Under the pieces are notes generated by a model. That model had not been told where the DNA came from and made no database searches. It saw only the letters and a program-made list of their open reading frames with translations. The position numbers and the translations under genes were made by a program. A stretch of 64,000 nucleotides of DNA, taken from the NCBI GenBank assembly GCA_951406725.2, contig OX597814.1, positions 15,190,001 through 15,254,000 of the forward strand, given 5' to 3'. The DNA comes from Octopus vulgaris (taxonomy: Eukaryota). This document shows, in pieces, positions 28,793 through 42,500 of the stretch. Positions within the stretch are counted from its first letter, which is position 1; each line of letters starts with the position of its first letter.

Positions 28793-29860
28793 ATATGATA
28801 GTTGATATAAAAAAAGGTTCCTTTTATAGAGGTCGGAAGATGTCCTTTCTAATTCATTTAGCTATGAGATAACCATTAGAACTTTCAACATATGTTCGTC
28901 TCGTACTGTATTATAGCTTTAGGCGTAGGGTAAGCATTAACCTTCCGCCATACTCTTCATGTAACAGAAATGACACAAAGATTATGCTGGTTTGTGTTGA
29001 AACTGGACGAACCTTCAGTTAATATAAATATGATTCAGTGAACCACGAAACAAATGGTAGTCTGAAGGAGCAAGGCCGGGCGAATAAGGTGGATGAGAAA
29101 TTGTTTCCCAGCCAAGCTCTTCAGATTTTGGCACAGGCCAGCAATTTCGGGGGGAAGGATAAAGCTGATTTCATTGATTCCAGTGAGCAGCTAGTATTAT
29201 TTTATCGACCTCCGAAAGGTTGAAAACCTAAAATCGACCTCGGTAGAATTTGAACTCTGAACATAAAGACGGACGAAATGCCTACTAAATGTTTTGTCAA
29301 ACGTGCTAGCTATTCTACCAGCTCTTCGCTTTAGAACGCAATGAAATATTGTCATTTGAACGGATTTTACAATAACATTATGGATAATAATTATCATTTA
29401 TTGTAAAATGCATTTTCACTTCGATCAATGATTGAAGCCAGGGCGTAACTAATATGACCTGAAAACAATAGTGACAATTCCTTTGACTAGATTGTCCATA
29501 TCGCATTATAAATAACACACAGCGAATTTTCCTTAGAATGTTCCAAGTTTCTCATAATCCCCATGGATGTGAATAATTTACTCCGATATTAAACACATAG
29601 CCATATAATTGATGGATTTCTGCACAGTTTCCTTCAGTTATATTACATTAGAGGCGATGGTAGAGAATGCTAGCGCATAGGAGGTGTGTAGTGGTATCTG
29701 AAAGACAAGGTTACGAAGCGAACGTCTTAACTACAAACTTATTCGTACGTGGTTATTTCATCAATATTGTTTTGGAGATACCTATAATCTATAATGAGCT
29801 TGGTCACAGTGAGATTGTTCTTAAGGTATTTCCCATTTTGTGACAGTACTAAATATATAT

Positions 29861-30196
29861 GACCCCCTTCGGTCAGACACTGACCATGGGTTTGCACCTA
29901 GAGAGTTACCCTCTAGGGCACAAGTCTGGGCAAGGTTGTTTTTTATGGAATACCGGCAGTCGCCCATGCATACCGGCCTCCCCTCTCCACGTCACCGATG
30001 TTGTCCAAGGGAAAAGCAAAGGCCGATACAGCTTGGCACCTGTGACATCGCAACTCATTTCTACAGCTGAGTGAACTGGAGCAACGTGAGATAAAATGTC
30101 TTGCTCAAGAAGACAACACGCAGCCCGGTCCGGGATTCGAGCTCACAACCTCCCGATCGTAAGCTCGACGCTCTAACCACTGAGCCACGCGCTTCA
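29861..30196 (-). mobile_element. tRNA-derived SINE family D (partial copy at 33683-33860 on +)
   Basis: Minus strand GCGCGTGGCTCAGTGGTTAGAGCG...TCGAATCCCGG head, CTTGAGCAAG motif, and a tail shared with 33683-33860. Confidence 0.82.
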
Positions 30197-30544
30197 TAAA
30201 ATGAAAATAAGATAAAATGAAAAAATACGTTTTACACAACTGTGAACATCTAATATAAGCAAAATGAAGGAATATTATGATAAACAAAGTGTAGTTGAAT
30301 GGTGAACGGTAGATTTAGCAAACATCTATCTGGCATGGTTGGGGTATTGAGAGAATCCATGAGGCGTCGGGCAATATGCCATCCGTTGCTTTGCGTACTG
30401 AGTTCAATTCAGGCCATGATGAAGTTGAATTTCATTCTTCTGTGGCCGGTAAAATGAAATGATAGGATCGACATAAATGAATAACATCCATCCTTCAAAA
30501 CCGCAGGCATTTTGTCTTAGCTAGAAACTATATATACTGTGACA

Positions 30545-30930
30545 GTGGAGGCGCAATGGCCCAGTGGTTAGGGCAGCGGACTCGCGGTCGTAGGATCGCG
30601 GTTTCGATTCCCAGACGGGCGTTGTGAGTGTTTATTGAGCGAAAACCGCTAAAGCTCCCCGAGGCTCCGGCAGGGGATGGTGGTGATCCCTGCTGTACTC
30701 TTTCATTACAACTTTCTCTCACTCTTAGTTCCTGTTTCTGTTGTACCTGTACTTCAACGGGCCGGGCCGGCCTTGTCACTCTCTGTGTCACGCTGAATAT
30801 CCCCGAGAACTACGTTAAGGGTACACGTGTCTGTGGAATGCTCAGCCACTTACACGTTAATTTCACGTGCATGTTGTTCAGTTGATCGGATCAACCGGAA
30901 CACTCGTCGTCGTAACCGACGGAGTGCTTC
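30545..30930 (+). mobile_element. tRNA-derived SINE family C
   Basis: GGCGCAATGGCCCAGTGGTTAGGGCAGCGGACTCGCGG...GGTTTCGATTCCC tRNA-like head followed by a non-tRNA body. Confidence 0.82.
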
Positions 30931-31449
30931 CATCCAACCATACTGTGACAAAATCAGTAGAGACTCTGAAATACATATCATGCTCTATTTTACTTGCAAC
31001 TCACAAAATTTAGAGTTGAAATATACTGAGATTCATTCTGCCTTTCAGTCTTGTAGATTCGATAAATAGAGTATCACTCAAATGCTGAGCGAGTCTAATC
31101 GAAACTACTCCAGAAGCAAAATCACTGGTTTTGTAGTAAACTTAGAGATCAATATTTTGTTGATCCCATTTACCTTCTGACTTAAAATATTACTGGAATA
31201 GATTTTGCCTTTCATTTATTCGGGGTATTAAAATATCGGTACCATTAATGTTCTGGGTAGTTTTAATCGGTTTATTTTCATTTCCGACAGAGTCGTGGCA
31301 TTGTGCCAAACTTAGAAATCAATAATATGATAAATAAAGAAACATAAAGAAATCGTAATTTGCCTTTATAACCTGATGCAGTTCAAAGTTCAAGTTTCAT
31401 TAAGCAAACAATACAAGGCAGACAATGCTTCCCATAAAACGATATACAT

Positions 31450-31510
31450 ATACGCGTGTGCGTGTGCCAGTATCTATTGATATACACACACGCATACATA
31501 CATACATACA

Positions 31511-31546
<36 letters not shown>

Positions 31547-31694
31547 TGTGTGTGTGTGTTTGTATATATGTATGCATATATATATATATGTGTATGTATG
31601 TATATATATGTGTGTGTGTGTATTTATATATGTATGTCTATATATGTATATATGTGTATGTATGTATATATATTTGTATGTATATAGATATGTG

Positions 31695-31725
<31 letters not shown>

Positions 31726-31740
31726 TTGTGTGTTTGTGTA
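31450..31740. repeat. (CATA)n / TA / TG low-complexity tract
   Basis: Directly visible. Confidence 0.9.
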
Positions 31741-32598
31741 TAAACAAGCTGTAGCGTGCTATTATACACTAACCATCAAACTGATTAAATAAAGCAAAAA
31801 TTGATACATATGAATAGCATTCTAAATATGATCCGAAGAGCGAAGATAACAATCGAAATCAGGAAAGAAAAACAATGCCAAAAAAAAGTAAGCACGTAAA
31901 CAAAAAAAATATAAATAAGCGAAGAGGAAAAAAAATTGAAAGAAATAAAAAGAAATCTGACGTCACTAAAATAGAGAACGCTTCATTTGAATATAAACAG
32001 GTAATATATAAAACATCCTATTTCGTTGAAGGAAGTCTGTTTAATCTTTCTTTCAGATCGCCGAAATGAGAAAGGGTTTCTTTGTTTCGTTTCGCTTTTC
32101 AGGTTGTAGGTTCTCGTATGATTAGTAAATATATAACTATATTTAGACTTTTGTTATTATTTGTCTTCCGGCTAGGTCAAACTGGGTTGTTTTTTTTTAA
32201 TCAAATATCGAAATAGGGAAATGAAACCTATGATTCACTGGGAGGATTCGGCTTTGTGAATTACGTTTATTAGAATTCATTCATTTTTGACATTGTTTGT
32301 CTTTGCAAATACGAAGATCGATCCGAAATGCATTATCAAGCGAATTCAATTCATGAAAATCTGGACCGTACTTTTGCGAACTGTAAGCTCGTTATGAAAA
32401 CTTATCGTGGAATTATTGGTATCGTAAACCTCTAAGAACAAATTTCTATTCATCAAATGTGACAGAGCTTTACGTAGAATGGTTGCACTGGGAAAATTGT
32501 AAATCTGACAGATTGAGTTGTAACTGTGAGGAACAACTCGAGCGCATGATGAAGCAACTCTGTCTATTATAGATGAATTCATTGCAAATCGTAAACTA

Positions 32599-33162
32599 TT
32601 GGGTTCTCCGGAAAGTTAGTGCCGATTTATAGTAGCTTATCTTTCGACTTATTTTAGAACATGGTTGAGCCCATAAAATAGGATTTGACTACACCTCCAT
32701 TTAGAGCACAGTTTAAGCTATCCTTTCGTGGAAGAATATTTATATTCCTATAACCTGTGTTAATTCTGTAACCCTTTCAAATGAGAGATAAGAAAGTTAG
32801 TTTTTGGCACTTGATGCTTTGCGAACCAGACAAAAATTGCTGCAGTTCGGCTGGGATATGTTACCCCACCCTTCATATTCACCAGATATTGCTACTTCGG
32901 ATTTCCACTTATTCAGGTCTCTGCAGAATTGTCTTAATGGTAAAAATTTCAATTCCTTGGATGACGTAAAAAGATACCTTGATGAAGTATTTGCCATGAA
33001 ACCAAATCAGTTCTTGGAAGAGGGTATTTTCAAGTTAAAGGAAAGATGGAGATGCATTGTACAACAAAATGGTTCATATTTGGTTGATTAAAAATGTAAT
33101 GGTAAGTATTTATGAACCTTTTTTTCCTTTAAAAATCGGCACGAACTTTCCGGACAACCCAA
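32599..33162 (+). mobile_element. Internally deleted mariner with both TIRs and TA target duplication
   Basis: TA|TTGGGTTCTCCGGAAAGTTAGTGCCGATTT ... AAATCGGCACGAACTTTCCGGACAACCCAA|TA. The ORF has HPSYSPDIATSDFHLFRSLQ and ERW..IV..NGSY. Confidence 0.92.
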
Positions 33163-34644
33163 TAATATCTCAATTCTGAGCTTTTCGATCCTAAAGCCGA
33201 TGAAGTACACAATCAACAGCCTGCATAATACGTGGCTATACTGTAATAATTGGCTTTCATTTAGATACGATAACAGTAATTTTCACGGTAGGAGTATTAG
33301 TTGACTACACTGACTCAATTGACACTTTGCTTTACCGATCGACGAGGGATTAAAGTCAGAGGTGACCCGTGCAAGATTTATCCACAGTATGTAAAGAACT
33401 ACGAAAAGTACTGCAAGGCATTTCTTTCGATGCTCCATCGATTCTGCCACTACACTGTCCTTATAAGATGTTGCTGTAATAATGAATCCTGATTTACAGA
33501 AGTTACAAGACACCAACGATCCTAGTACAAGAACAGAAACACAGGGGGCGTTTTGGTCAAGGGCTTTGATATTTCAGAAATATTTTATCGATACCCGAAA
33601 TGATGAAAGAAAAAGTTAATCTCAGTCGAATTTGAACTCAGAAAATAAGGAACCGGGATAATACCATAATCAATATATCCGGTCGCGACGTCACAGGTGC
33701 CAAGCTGTATCGGCCCTTGGATAACACTGGTGGCGTGGAGAGGGGAGGCCGGTATGCATGGGCGACTGCTGGTCTTCTACAAACAACCTTGCCCGGACTT
33801 TGCCTGGGAGGGTAATTTTCTAGGTGCAATCCCACGGTCAGTCATCACCGAAGGGGGTCTCAGTAATATATCCGAAGCTTTAATGGGTCTGCGTCATTAT
33901 TCGACATGATAGCTAGAGATACTAGTCAAATCTTCCTTAAAATACACATTACTGTCTTACTAAAGGATGGATACATTATACAATGTAGACCTACAAATAT
34001 TTAAAGAATCGAACTAGTCATGATAGATCGTACATCTGTTCACTTAGAGATGACCTTAGAAGAAATAACAGTAACTGTTTAATCAATGAAATATATATAA
34101 CTAACTCTCAATACTCCGTATGACTGAAGATAGGTACTCAAATTAAGCTAATAGGGACACAGTCACTTTGAAATTGTGAATTGCTGGCCGCAAATATGCC
34201 TGCCTCTAGACAAATCCGCAGTCGCTTAGAATTTGACTGGCAACATCCTCCTACTCATATTTCATCATATTTCTCAAATATCAAAATGCACCACGTGTTT
34301 CTGACGCAGTTTCACTGTAACAGTACAGGCAAATGTCAATATGCACTACTTCAGAGATTATTTCATATAATATAAGGTCCACTGCTTATTTTATAGCGTT
34401 TTCCCCCCACAAAATCAACGATTGGTAATTAGATGCTCCTTGTAGAAGATGAGATTGAAATTATATTTGATTCACGTGTCGGAACTTATGTCTTCTATAT
34501 GACAAAGATCTTTAAAACCTATGATTATCCATAGGTTTAACTGAACGGAATATCTAAACGTATGGACAAGACGACGATCTCTTTCCATTAAGCATAAATT
34601 TTGAATCAAGTAAACAAGATATCACAAGATTGTAAGCTATATAT

Positions 34645-34996
34645 GGTACAGCAGTGGCTTTGTGGTAAGTAGCTTGCTTACCAACCACATGGTTCCGGGT
34701 TCAGTCCCACTGCGTGAAACCTTCGGCAAGTGTCTTCTACTATAGCCACGGGCCAACCAAAGCCTTGTGAGTGGATTTGGTAGACGGAAACTGAAAGAAG
34801 CCCGTCGTATATATGTATGTGCGTGTATATGTTTGTGTGTCTGTGTTTCTCTCCCCAACATCGCTTGACAACCGATGGTGGTATGTTTACTAGGCTTCCA
34901 AAGAATAAGTCCTGGGGTCGATTTGCTCGGCTAAAAGGCGGTGCTCCAGTATCGCCGCAGTCAAAGACTGAAAGAAGTAAAAGAGATAAAAGAGAT
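34645..34996 (+). mobile_element. SINE family A copy with internal deletion
   Basis: Same head, body and AAAGAGA tail. Confidence 0.85.
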
Positions 34997-36217
34997 TTAC
35001 GTATGCAAAGATGAACTCACACCACAAAAACACTCTTTTAGGCGACACAATTCCTGGAGCACTTTTAAACTTGCTCCATTAACCAAACAAAGTGACACCC
35101 AAATCTCTTGTAGAATGGGAGTAATGACTTAATCTTTACCAGATGACAAAGAATAGCCCACTATTGACTGTAGATCTATTCGATAGAAACTGATCTGAGG
35201 ATGACAACAACAGTAAAGAGATATACGTGCTCTATAAAGAGCTAAATGCCACTGCCACAACTGCAACGCATTGCTTTCAGCAGGGTACAAGGTTGCATAC
35301 ACACATCTAAATTAAATAATGTTATCTCTTATTCAGGCTTAGCACAAAACGTGAATGCATGGAGAATGAAGGCGAGTTTCATAGCAATATACTCATATCA
35401 TGTAATATTCATGTGTCGTGTTGTAAAGTTAGCTTTATCTTGGGATGCTACCGATTGAAAATTATGGGGTTACATAAAATTACTAGAGGGAAAATGATTG
35501 AAGTGCGATGATTTTTTTTTTTCTTGGTTTTTTCTTATAGTTTCTGAAAATTTTATTGTGAATATTTGTCTTAAATGCATGGAATAACAGAAAGGAAATC
35601 TAAAACAACTAGCCAAAAACTTTCTATGATCTCATTAACACACTTTCCCCATTTTGCAACTTTCTATGCGTTATCCGGCAAGCTTGCCGTTGAATGAAAA
35701 TTCTCTCATTGATTGTATTCGACTGTTGTTATTGCATCCTTGTAATGATCGATTCCAAACAAGCGTGACATTTGTTTCACGTCGATTGAATGACTAAAAG
35801 TAATAAAACGTCCATCACTCCCTTTATCAATGAATGCAAACATGTGTAGAGGGAAAACAAAACCAAAAACGCAGGATTGGTCTCAGACGCTACATTTCAT
35901 CCCTTAAACATTGTACAGAGCTTTAATTATTTGCAGCAGACTTGTTCCTCTATTTCTTTTAATAGAGTCACAGTCCAGTACGGTGGGTTAACAGGAATAC
36001 ATTAAATAAAAATCCTTTGATGAGTGTAATGCATCGATTGTTTTACTAGCATATCACTGTCTACTTGACTATTTGTCTATCTGTCTGTTTATCAATTTAT
36101 CTCATTCTCTGTATATATATATATATATATATATACATATATATGGTGGCGAATATTCTTTATAAATATCACCACCAATATATATATATAAATATATATG
36201 ATTAAAATTAAAATTAA

Positions 36218-36292
36218 TTACGCTGACGATCTTCCAGATGTTTACGTATCCATATACCTAAATATTAGTAAGTGAAAGTAATTAGTACGTAG
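36218..36292 (+). ncRNA. Degenerate hammerhead motif
   Basis: TACG CTGACGA ... GAAAG TAATTA GTA CGTA. Stem I UACG/CGUA, palindromic UAAUUA loop, one core mismatch, weak stem II. About 20 bp from a TA tract. Confidence 0.45.
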
Positions 36293-36469
36293 GTAATCGT
36301 TTTTTATTTCTTTCATTTTCATTTGTCTTGCTTATTTTCAAACTTTGGTTATTTTGCTGATTTTTTTCTTGAGAACACATCCTTCGTGGTAAATGGCGAG
36401 TTTTGACGTCTATTTCTAGCATACAGGCTGTCCACTATTAGTGGTCATTCCTCTAAATCTTGTATGTAT

Positions 36470-36506
<37 letters not shown>

Positions 36507-37718
36507 ACATGGAAAGTAATATTCTTAAAATTATATACCTGGAAAAGTACTAGACAAGTTATTACACCTGTAAATGTATGTGACAAGCTATTATTTCCAG
36601 TAAAATAAAAATTAAGAAACTTTTTACTTAAAATATTGCAGCAAAGAATGCCAGTTCTTCTAATTTATCACTCTTAACAGTTCTCATCTTTTAAATTCAT
36701 TGAACAAAACTGTTCAGCTAATTTGTAAGTTTGTCTAATTAGTCACTTTTTTCTGTATTTAAGGTGGTAAATTAGCCAAATTTTACTTAAATAACTTTAG
36801 TGTTATTTGTAAGCAATAATAAAATATATTTCATATTCAAATTTTAATTTTAGCTGCCATATTTTAAGTAATAAAGTTTCTTATTCTTTACTAGAAATAA
36901 TATATTGTCCTATACCTTTACAGGCGTAATAACTTGTTTTGTACAATTCCAGGTTTATAATCTTAAGAATATGACTTTTCATGCTCGCATTTTCCCATAT
37001 AATCCATGATTTTTCCAGGCATTGCTGATATAAGATAATTTATAATGTGTCAATGTTTAATTTGAGGTTTTACCTTATAAGATAGTGAAAGATAATAGTT
37101 CAATTTTTCCATGTAAGTGATGATAATATTTCAATTTTTTTTTGTTTAATTTAAATATAAGTTGTGATTGAATTATTTGATATTACCCATCGAAAGCAAA
37201 TTATTAACAGGGATTTGTACCATGCTGTTGGTTGCAGCATAGCTCACCAAAAGTTACAAACAACAAGGCCCCAAAACCATCGGTTATGATGCTCACCTTT
37301 AGTAACCTAACTTTGCAATATTAGGTCTTCACAGGAATTCATTCTACGAAAAACAAAAAATTCCAATGATTCCGGGTTTGGGAACCAAAATTTTCAGCAT
37401 ATTAGGAGGTCAGGGTTCTTGATGCTACGCAAAAAAATCAAATATTCTTTTTAGTGAAAATCATGCGGGTGTTAATATAGAAATTTACCATAATGTTATT
37501 TAGACTCAGTTCAAACCTGATACAGCAAACCTATCAGCAAAGACATTCCAGTCTTCAGCAAACCGTCTTTCTAGGGATAATCTAGGATATTAAGTACAAT
37601 GGGCGTTTAATTTAGGTAGAGGGATAGTTTTGGCTGTTATTTTTAGCGTGTCGAGCGACCTGGTAGAGGCTCATTCGTTGGTTCGATTGCTTGATGAATT
37701 TTTTTACACATATATGTA

Positions 37719-37760
<42 letters not shown>

Positions 37761-38069
37761 TCAGCATAAGTTATAGAGTAAATCAAAAGCTGGGAGTTTC
37801 GTGTATTGGCACTTACCAAACACGAATTTGACCATTGTCATTCTGTATCTTCTGACGAAATAACTTCTAAAATACAAAATTTTGTCAAAACCGTTAAGAG
37901 TAAATCCTATTCTATGTGACACATTGTACCAGTATCAGCAGTTTCAAAGTGCTTAGTTAAAAAAGATTAATTAAATAATCTGTACGTCAAATTGAATAGA
38001 TCCGAAATGAAAGAAAGGCAAAGTCGACCTCGGCGTAATTTGAACTCAGAACGTATATATTATTTTAAT

Positions 38070-38270
38070 TGTTAAAGCCACTCGACTGCAGTCATGCTGG
38101 AGCACCACCCTTTAGTCAAACAAATCGACCCCGGGACTTATTCTTTGCAAACCTAGTACTTATACTATCGGTCTCTTTTGCCGAACCGCGAAGTTACGGG
38201 TATGTAAACACACCAACATCTGTTACCAGGTGATGATGGGGAGACGAACACAGTCACACAAACATATACA
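38070..38270 (-). mobile_element. SINE family A 3' fragment
   Basis: CATGCTGGAGCACC...AAATCGACCCCGGGACTTATTCTTTG...TTTTGCCGAACCGC matches the family tail. Confidence 0.75.
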
Positions 38271-38305
38271 TATATATAAATGTTTGTGTGTTAGACACAG
38301 AAACA

Positions 38306-38341
<36 letters not shown>

Positions 38342-38837
38342 CATACATACACGTGCACATGTATGTCGAGTTCACTTGTTTTATACGACCAGTTAGAGGT
38401 AAAACGTGTTGTCTAAGAAAAGTCTTGCAAATATACCTTAATACTAAATGTGTACCATCCCACCACCTGCCACCTGTTGTTGTCTTGTTTTATATACGTT
38501 GATTAACCATTTAGTAGAGCATACACACATATAAAAACTCAAAAACACACGCACACAGTCACATACACACATAAATATGTGTGTGTGTCTGCTTTTTTGT
38601 GTGTTTATGTGTGTGTGTGTACTTACATAAGACGGTTTTTTTCTATATTAATTTTCATTTAGAAGATATTCTGCAATTGACGTTATTGCTGAAGAGGCTG
38701 TGAAGAAGGATCAAATTCGGAAACACTTGTTTGCTAAATTGTTAATCTCGATGGCATTACTTGTTAAAATCTGAATTGACACCGCAGTGTTTTCCCTCCA
38801 CTCATAACCTGAGTAAAATATCTATGAATGATATCAA

Positions 38838-39244
38838 GGCGCAGGAGTGGCTGTGTGGTAAGTAGCTTGCCTACCAACCACATGGTTCTGGGTTCAGTCC
38901 CACTGCGTGGCATCTTGGGCAAGTGTCTTCTACTATAGCCCCGGGCCGACCAATGCCTTGTGAGTGGAATTGGTAGACGGAAACTGAAAGAAGCCTATCG
39001 TATATATGTATATATATATGCGTGTGTGTGTTTGTGTGAGTGTGTTTGTCCCCCTAACATTGCTTGACAACCGATGCTGGTGTGTTTACGTCCCCGTCAC
39101 TTAGCGGTTCGGCAAAAGTGACCGATAGAATAAGTACTGGGCTTACAAAAACGAATAAGTCCCGGGGTCGATTTGCTCGACTAAAGGCGGTGCTCCAGCA
39201 TGGCCGCAGTCAAATGACTGAAACAAGTAAAAGAGTAAAGAGTA
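38838..39244 (+). mobile_element. tRNA-derived SINE family A (CORE-like body, internal TA/TG microsatellite, AAAGAGT tail), full length
   Basis: A box (TGGCTGTGTGG), B box (GGTTCAGTCCC), CTTGGGCAAGT motif and a repeated tail. Several near-identical copies occur in the window. Confidence 0.88.
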
Positions 39245-40719
39245 TATCTATGTAAATATCTATGTAAAATGATGTAAAATTATCTATGAATGATATTTGT
39301 GCAAAAATATGCTTCTGAAGAATGAGTTTGGCGGCAGAATTTCAATTCTTACATTCAACAAATTCTCTTGACATCACTCACTCTGTAAAGCTTTTTGCGA
39401 ATCTACGAATTCTAAAAGTCATGCAGTGCGTATTAATGACCTGTCTTATTCGAGTAAATTAATCTACGCAACGTTAGAAAGAAAGTGAGAGAAATTTCGA
39501 TTTGGAGTTCCTTCCGTCTAATGATTTAATTTTACTTACGATCATTGAATGACCTTAAAATGTGTAGAGTCTTAGCTTATTCAATTTTCTCATTTTCTCC
39601 TTCGTATATTATTACAAATTTATATAGCTAACAAGAGTTAATTAAGTGAAAAATTTAAGAACATTTTTTTCGATATAACATCGGATCCATGCAGCAACAG
39701 TTTACAAATAATATCCAAAGTTGTACATTGACGTGAAATCTCATTATTTTTTTGATTCAGCGCACTAAAAATACTCACATTAGAGTATTTTCGATCGATG
39801 CATTACATAAACACCATATTGAAAAGTGTAAAATCTACTTATATAACGAATAAAAAGAAAGATGACTATTTACAGTTTCCCATACAATTTCTGATCGAAT
39901 GTCATTCGTTCATCATGAAATTTTATGAGTTACATACTATTATATCACATCCACATTACGCAAGAAAACCACTTAAGACGGAAAAAAATGTTGATCAATA
40001 TTGATTTTTTTTCTTAGATGCAGTATAATATACTTTTCTCTTTCTCATATAAAAACAAGAGTATAGAAATCTGAACAACACATTTTTCCAGAGTAAAAAA
40101 GAGATATTAGGTTTTGTTAGAGTTATGGTTTTATGAATATTTTGTGGATACTGTAGTAAAGTAAACATAGAGCTGTGTAAAGTTAGCGTTTCTGCATAAA
40201 GGTGAGAAGAGTCTGTAAATTGCTAGCAATCCCTGATTATATACCTTCCATATACTTCCATTCTTACATTAAATATAAAAGCCTATGAAAGCACACTGCA
40301 TATTGATCGGTCGGTTTAAATACGTGAGGCATGAGAATTCTGAGTAATTACTAAATGATGCGGGTCAATGACAAACTCTATATGCAGTCGATAAATCTAC
40401 CAGAAATAAAAGTTAAATGTTCACCAAATCATACATATTCTTTGAAAAATACAATTATGGAAACAATATGATTTTATTTTAAATTTTCGCCAACATTAAA
40501 CAAGTTTGTGAGATGTGTAGTAATATTTCATGGCGGGCGAAGGAACATATTTAAGATGAAAAGAAAGATTTTCTATACTCAGCATGGGAATTTATTGTAT
40601 TTTGTTATCAATCGCACCTTGGTCTGATATATTTCAAATTACAATATAAAAAAACCCAATAAATTCACTGAGGAACAACATAGCAATTGTTTACAGTAGC
40701 TTACAATTAACACCTAATG

Positions 40720-42500
40720 GGCTGTAAAATATGTCAGTTGTGCATATTCTGGCGGGGTTGCCTGTAACTGCTAGCAATTTAGTTTCTACGTTTCTATTGC
40801 CTAATATTTTCTGATGTTGTTGGAAAGAAGAAAAGTAGTCGATTTAGTAGGCTGCTACTGTTGTTGTGAAGCCAGGTTTTTTGATGATTTAAGAGGGATT
40901 ATTACAATTCTTTCTTGAGAATAGTAGATGCAGATGTGTATTATTATCTACATACGTGGCTACACGCATGGTCTATGGAGATGGAGACGTATTTTGTTGC
41001 CACAAGTAGAATGGAATGGATTAAAAACCCAATCATTTTTGTACTCTATTGTAGTAATTGCATGTTCAGCAAGGTCTGTCCTAGAAAACCACTCAGGATT
41101 GTCAGAGCGACACTGTTTTACTATTCAGTATTATGTGTTATCTATTAAGATGGTACTGAAAACTCCTCGATTGATTCTTTGCTAGGGATGAAATCAAACT
41201 CTTTGCCGTTGTTAATAATAGGAACGCTATATGTGAGAGATTGCCATGTATTTTTGTGAAAGTATTAATGTTCGGAACCCGTGTTGTTTGGAGTAAGAGT
41301 TGTGCATGTGTCAGGAATTAACCTGCACATCTAAATGTCTAAATGGGAAGAACCTTAGGGTGTAAACTTGAGCTTTTGAGTTGGAATAATTTTGACAACA
41401 ATTCATTCTGGCAATTTACCAATACTACCACGACTAGTGAAATATATTTTGGGCTTTCCTGATTTCTTCATGTATGAATAGTTTTTGGTTGATTCTTTTT
41501 CATTTTTAGATTTCAGAAAAGCGTTTTAGCTGAGTAATAGAAGTGAACTACAATGGCAGTTTTGCTGGAACGGCCTTTCGTTTGTGCTCTTGTTTACGCC
41601 GAGTAGCATTTCTCTATTAGTTTTTTTCAGTTACGTTTGGTTGGAAAGCTTACCATTTTTGTCCGCTTCTATTCTTTATATTTTTCATATTTAGGCGTTT
41701 GATGCTCTCTTTTATATAGGATGTGCTGAGGTTTTGGTGCTTCGTGTTTGAGCTTTACACTTTCAGTGTAAGTCTGGTTGTTGCTGTTGGCAGACGGGCC
41801 TGTATTTTGAATGTTGTTTCGTGAGGCGTGCTTCTTTTGGATGATTCTATAAGCATTTTGAATATATGCTATGTAGTGTCTTCAAAGGATATTGACGTGT
41901 TACAGAATTCTGAAAACGTTAATATGACTACGTTTATGTATTTGTTTTGAAAGATTCTTAACGTGTAAACGTTGTTGAAGCAGATATTGTTATACTTTGG
42001 GTGGCCATATTTTGCCTATTAAACATACACACACACACATGTTTGGTCTTTACTTCATCTTTATTATCATTATTTTAGTTTCCGTGTGAAAGCAGTTTTG
42101 AGAAAGACAAAATGGAATAAGCAGAACAAGAGGAGACACATGGGACAGAGAGTCGCTGAAGAGGTCACTAGATGTGTGATGAAAGAGCTTTGACAAAGAA
42201 ATTCAAATAATATCAATAAACCTGAAGTGAAGACCAAATATATAGTACGTGTGTTTAATTTGCAGAATATGACCATCTCCAAGTATGGCAATATGTTAAT
42301 TTTATTTCATGGTGAAACTCATTTTATTATGCTTCTCTGAAATTTGTAAAAGTACTTTTGCACTTTTCCTTGAAAGGTGTGCTATGATTAGAGGACAACT
42401 GGAGATTGGTTTATCAAGTGGTTGTTGTAATAATGTATGTGAAGCTAAATTGGTTTCTGAGGAAAATTTGTTTTGGTTAACTTGGTAAGCTATGTTGGCG
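40720..42500 (-). mobile_element. Very decayed Penelope-like reverse transcriptase remnant
   Basis: Minus-strand fragments appear in PLE order: YGHPKY (cf. YGLPKIHK) near 42000, LKFT...HLDI near 41350, SLAK near 41180, and SYRQP (linker) near 40770. All frames are broken. Confidence 0.45.

Noticed and set aside
30120-30196. tRNA-like sequences (also 30548-30615 and 38838-38910)
   Set aside because: They lack a complete cloverleaf acceptor stem and continue into multi-copy SINE bodies. They are SINE heads, not tRNA genes.
31990-32105. Plus-strand splice-like signals (CAG|GTAATA, TTTCTTTCAG, TTTTCAG|GT)
   Set aside because: No coherent exon or ORF links them, and such motifs are common in AT-rich DNA.
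38688-38735. CTGAAGA...GAAAC...GTT hammerhead-like string
   Set aside because: There is no stem I or stem II complementarity, and it probably lies in a decayed SINE.
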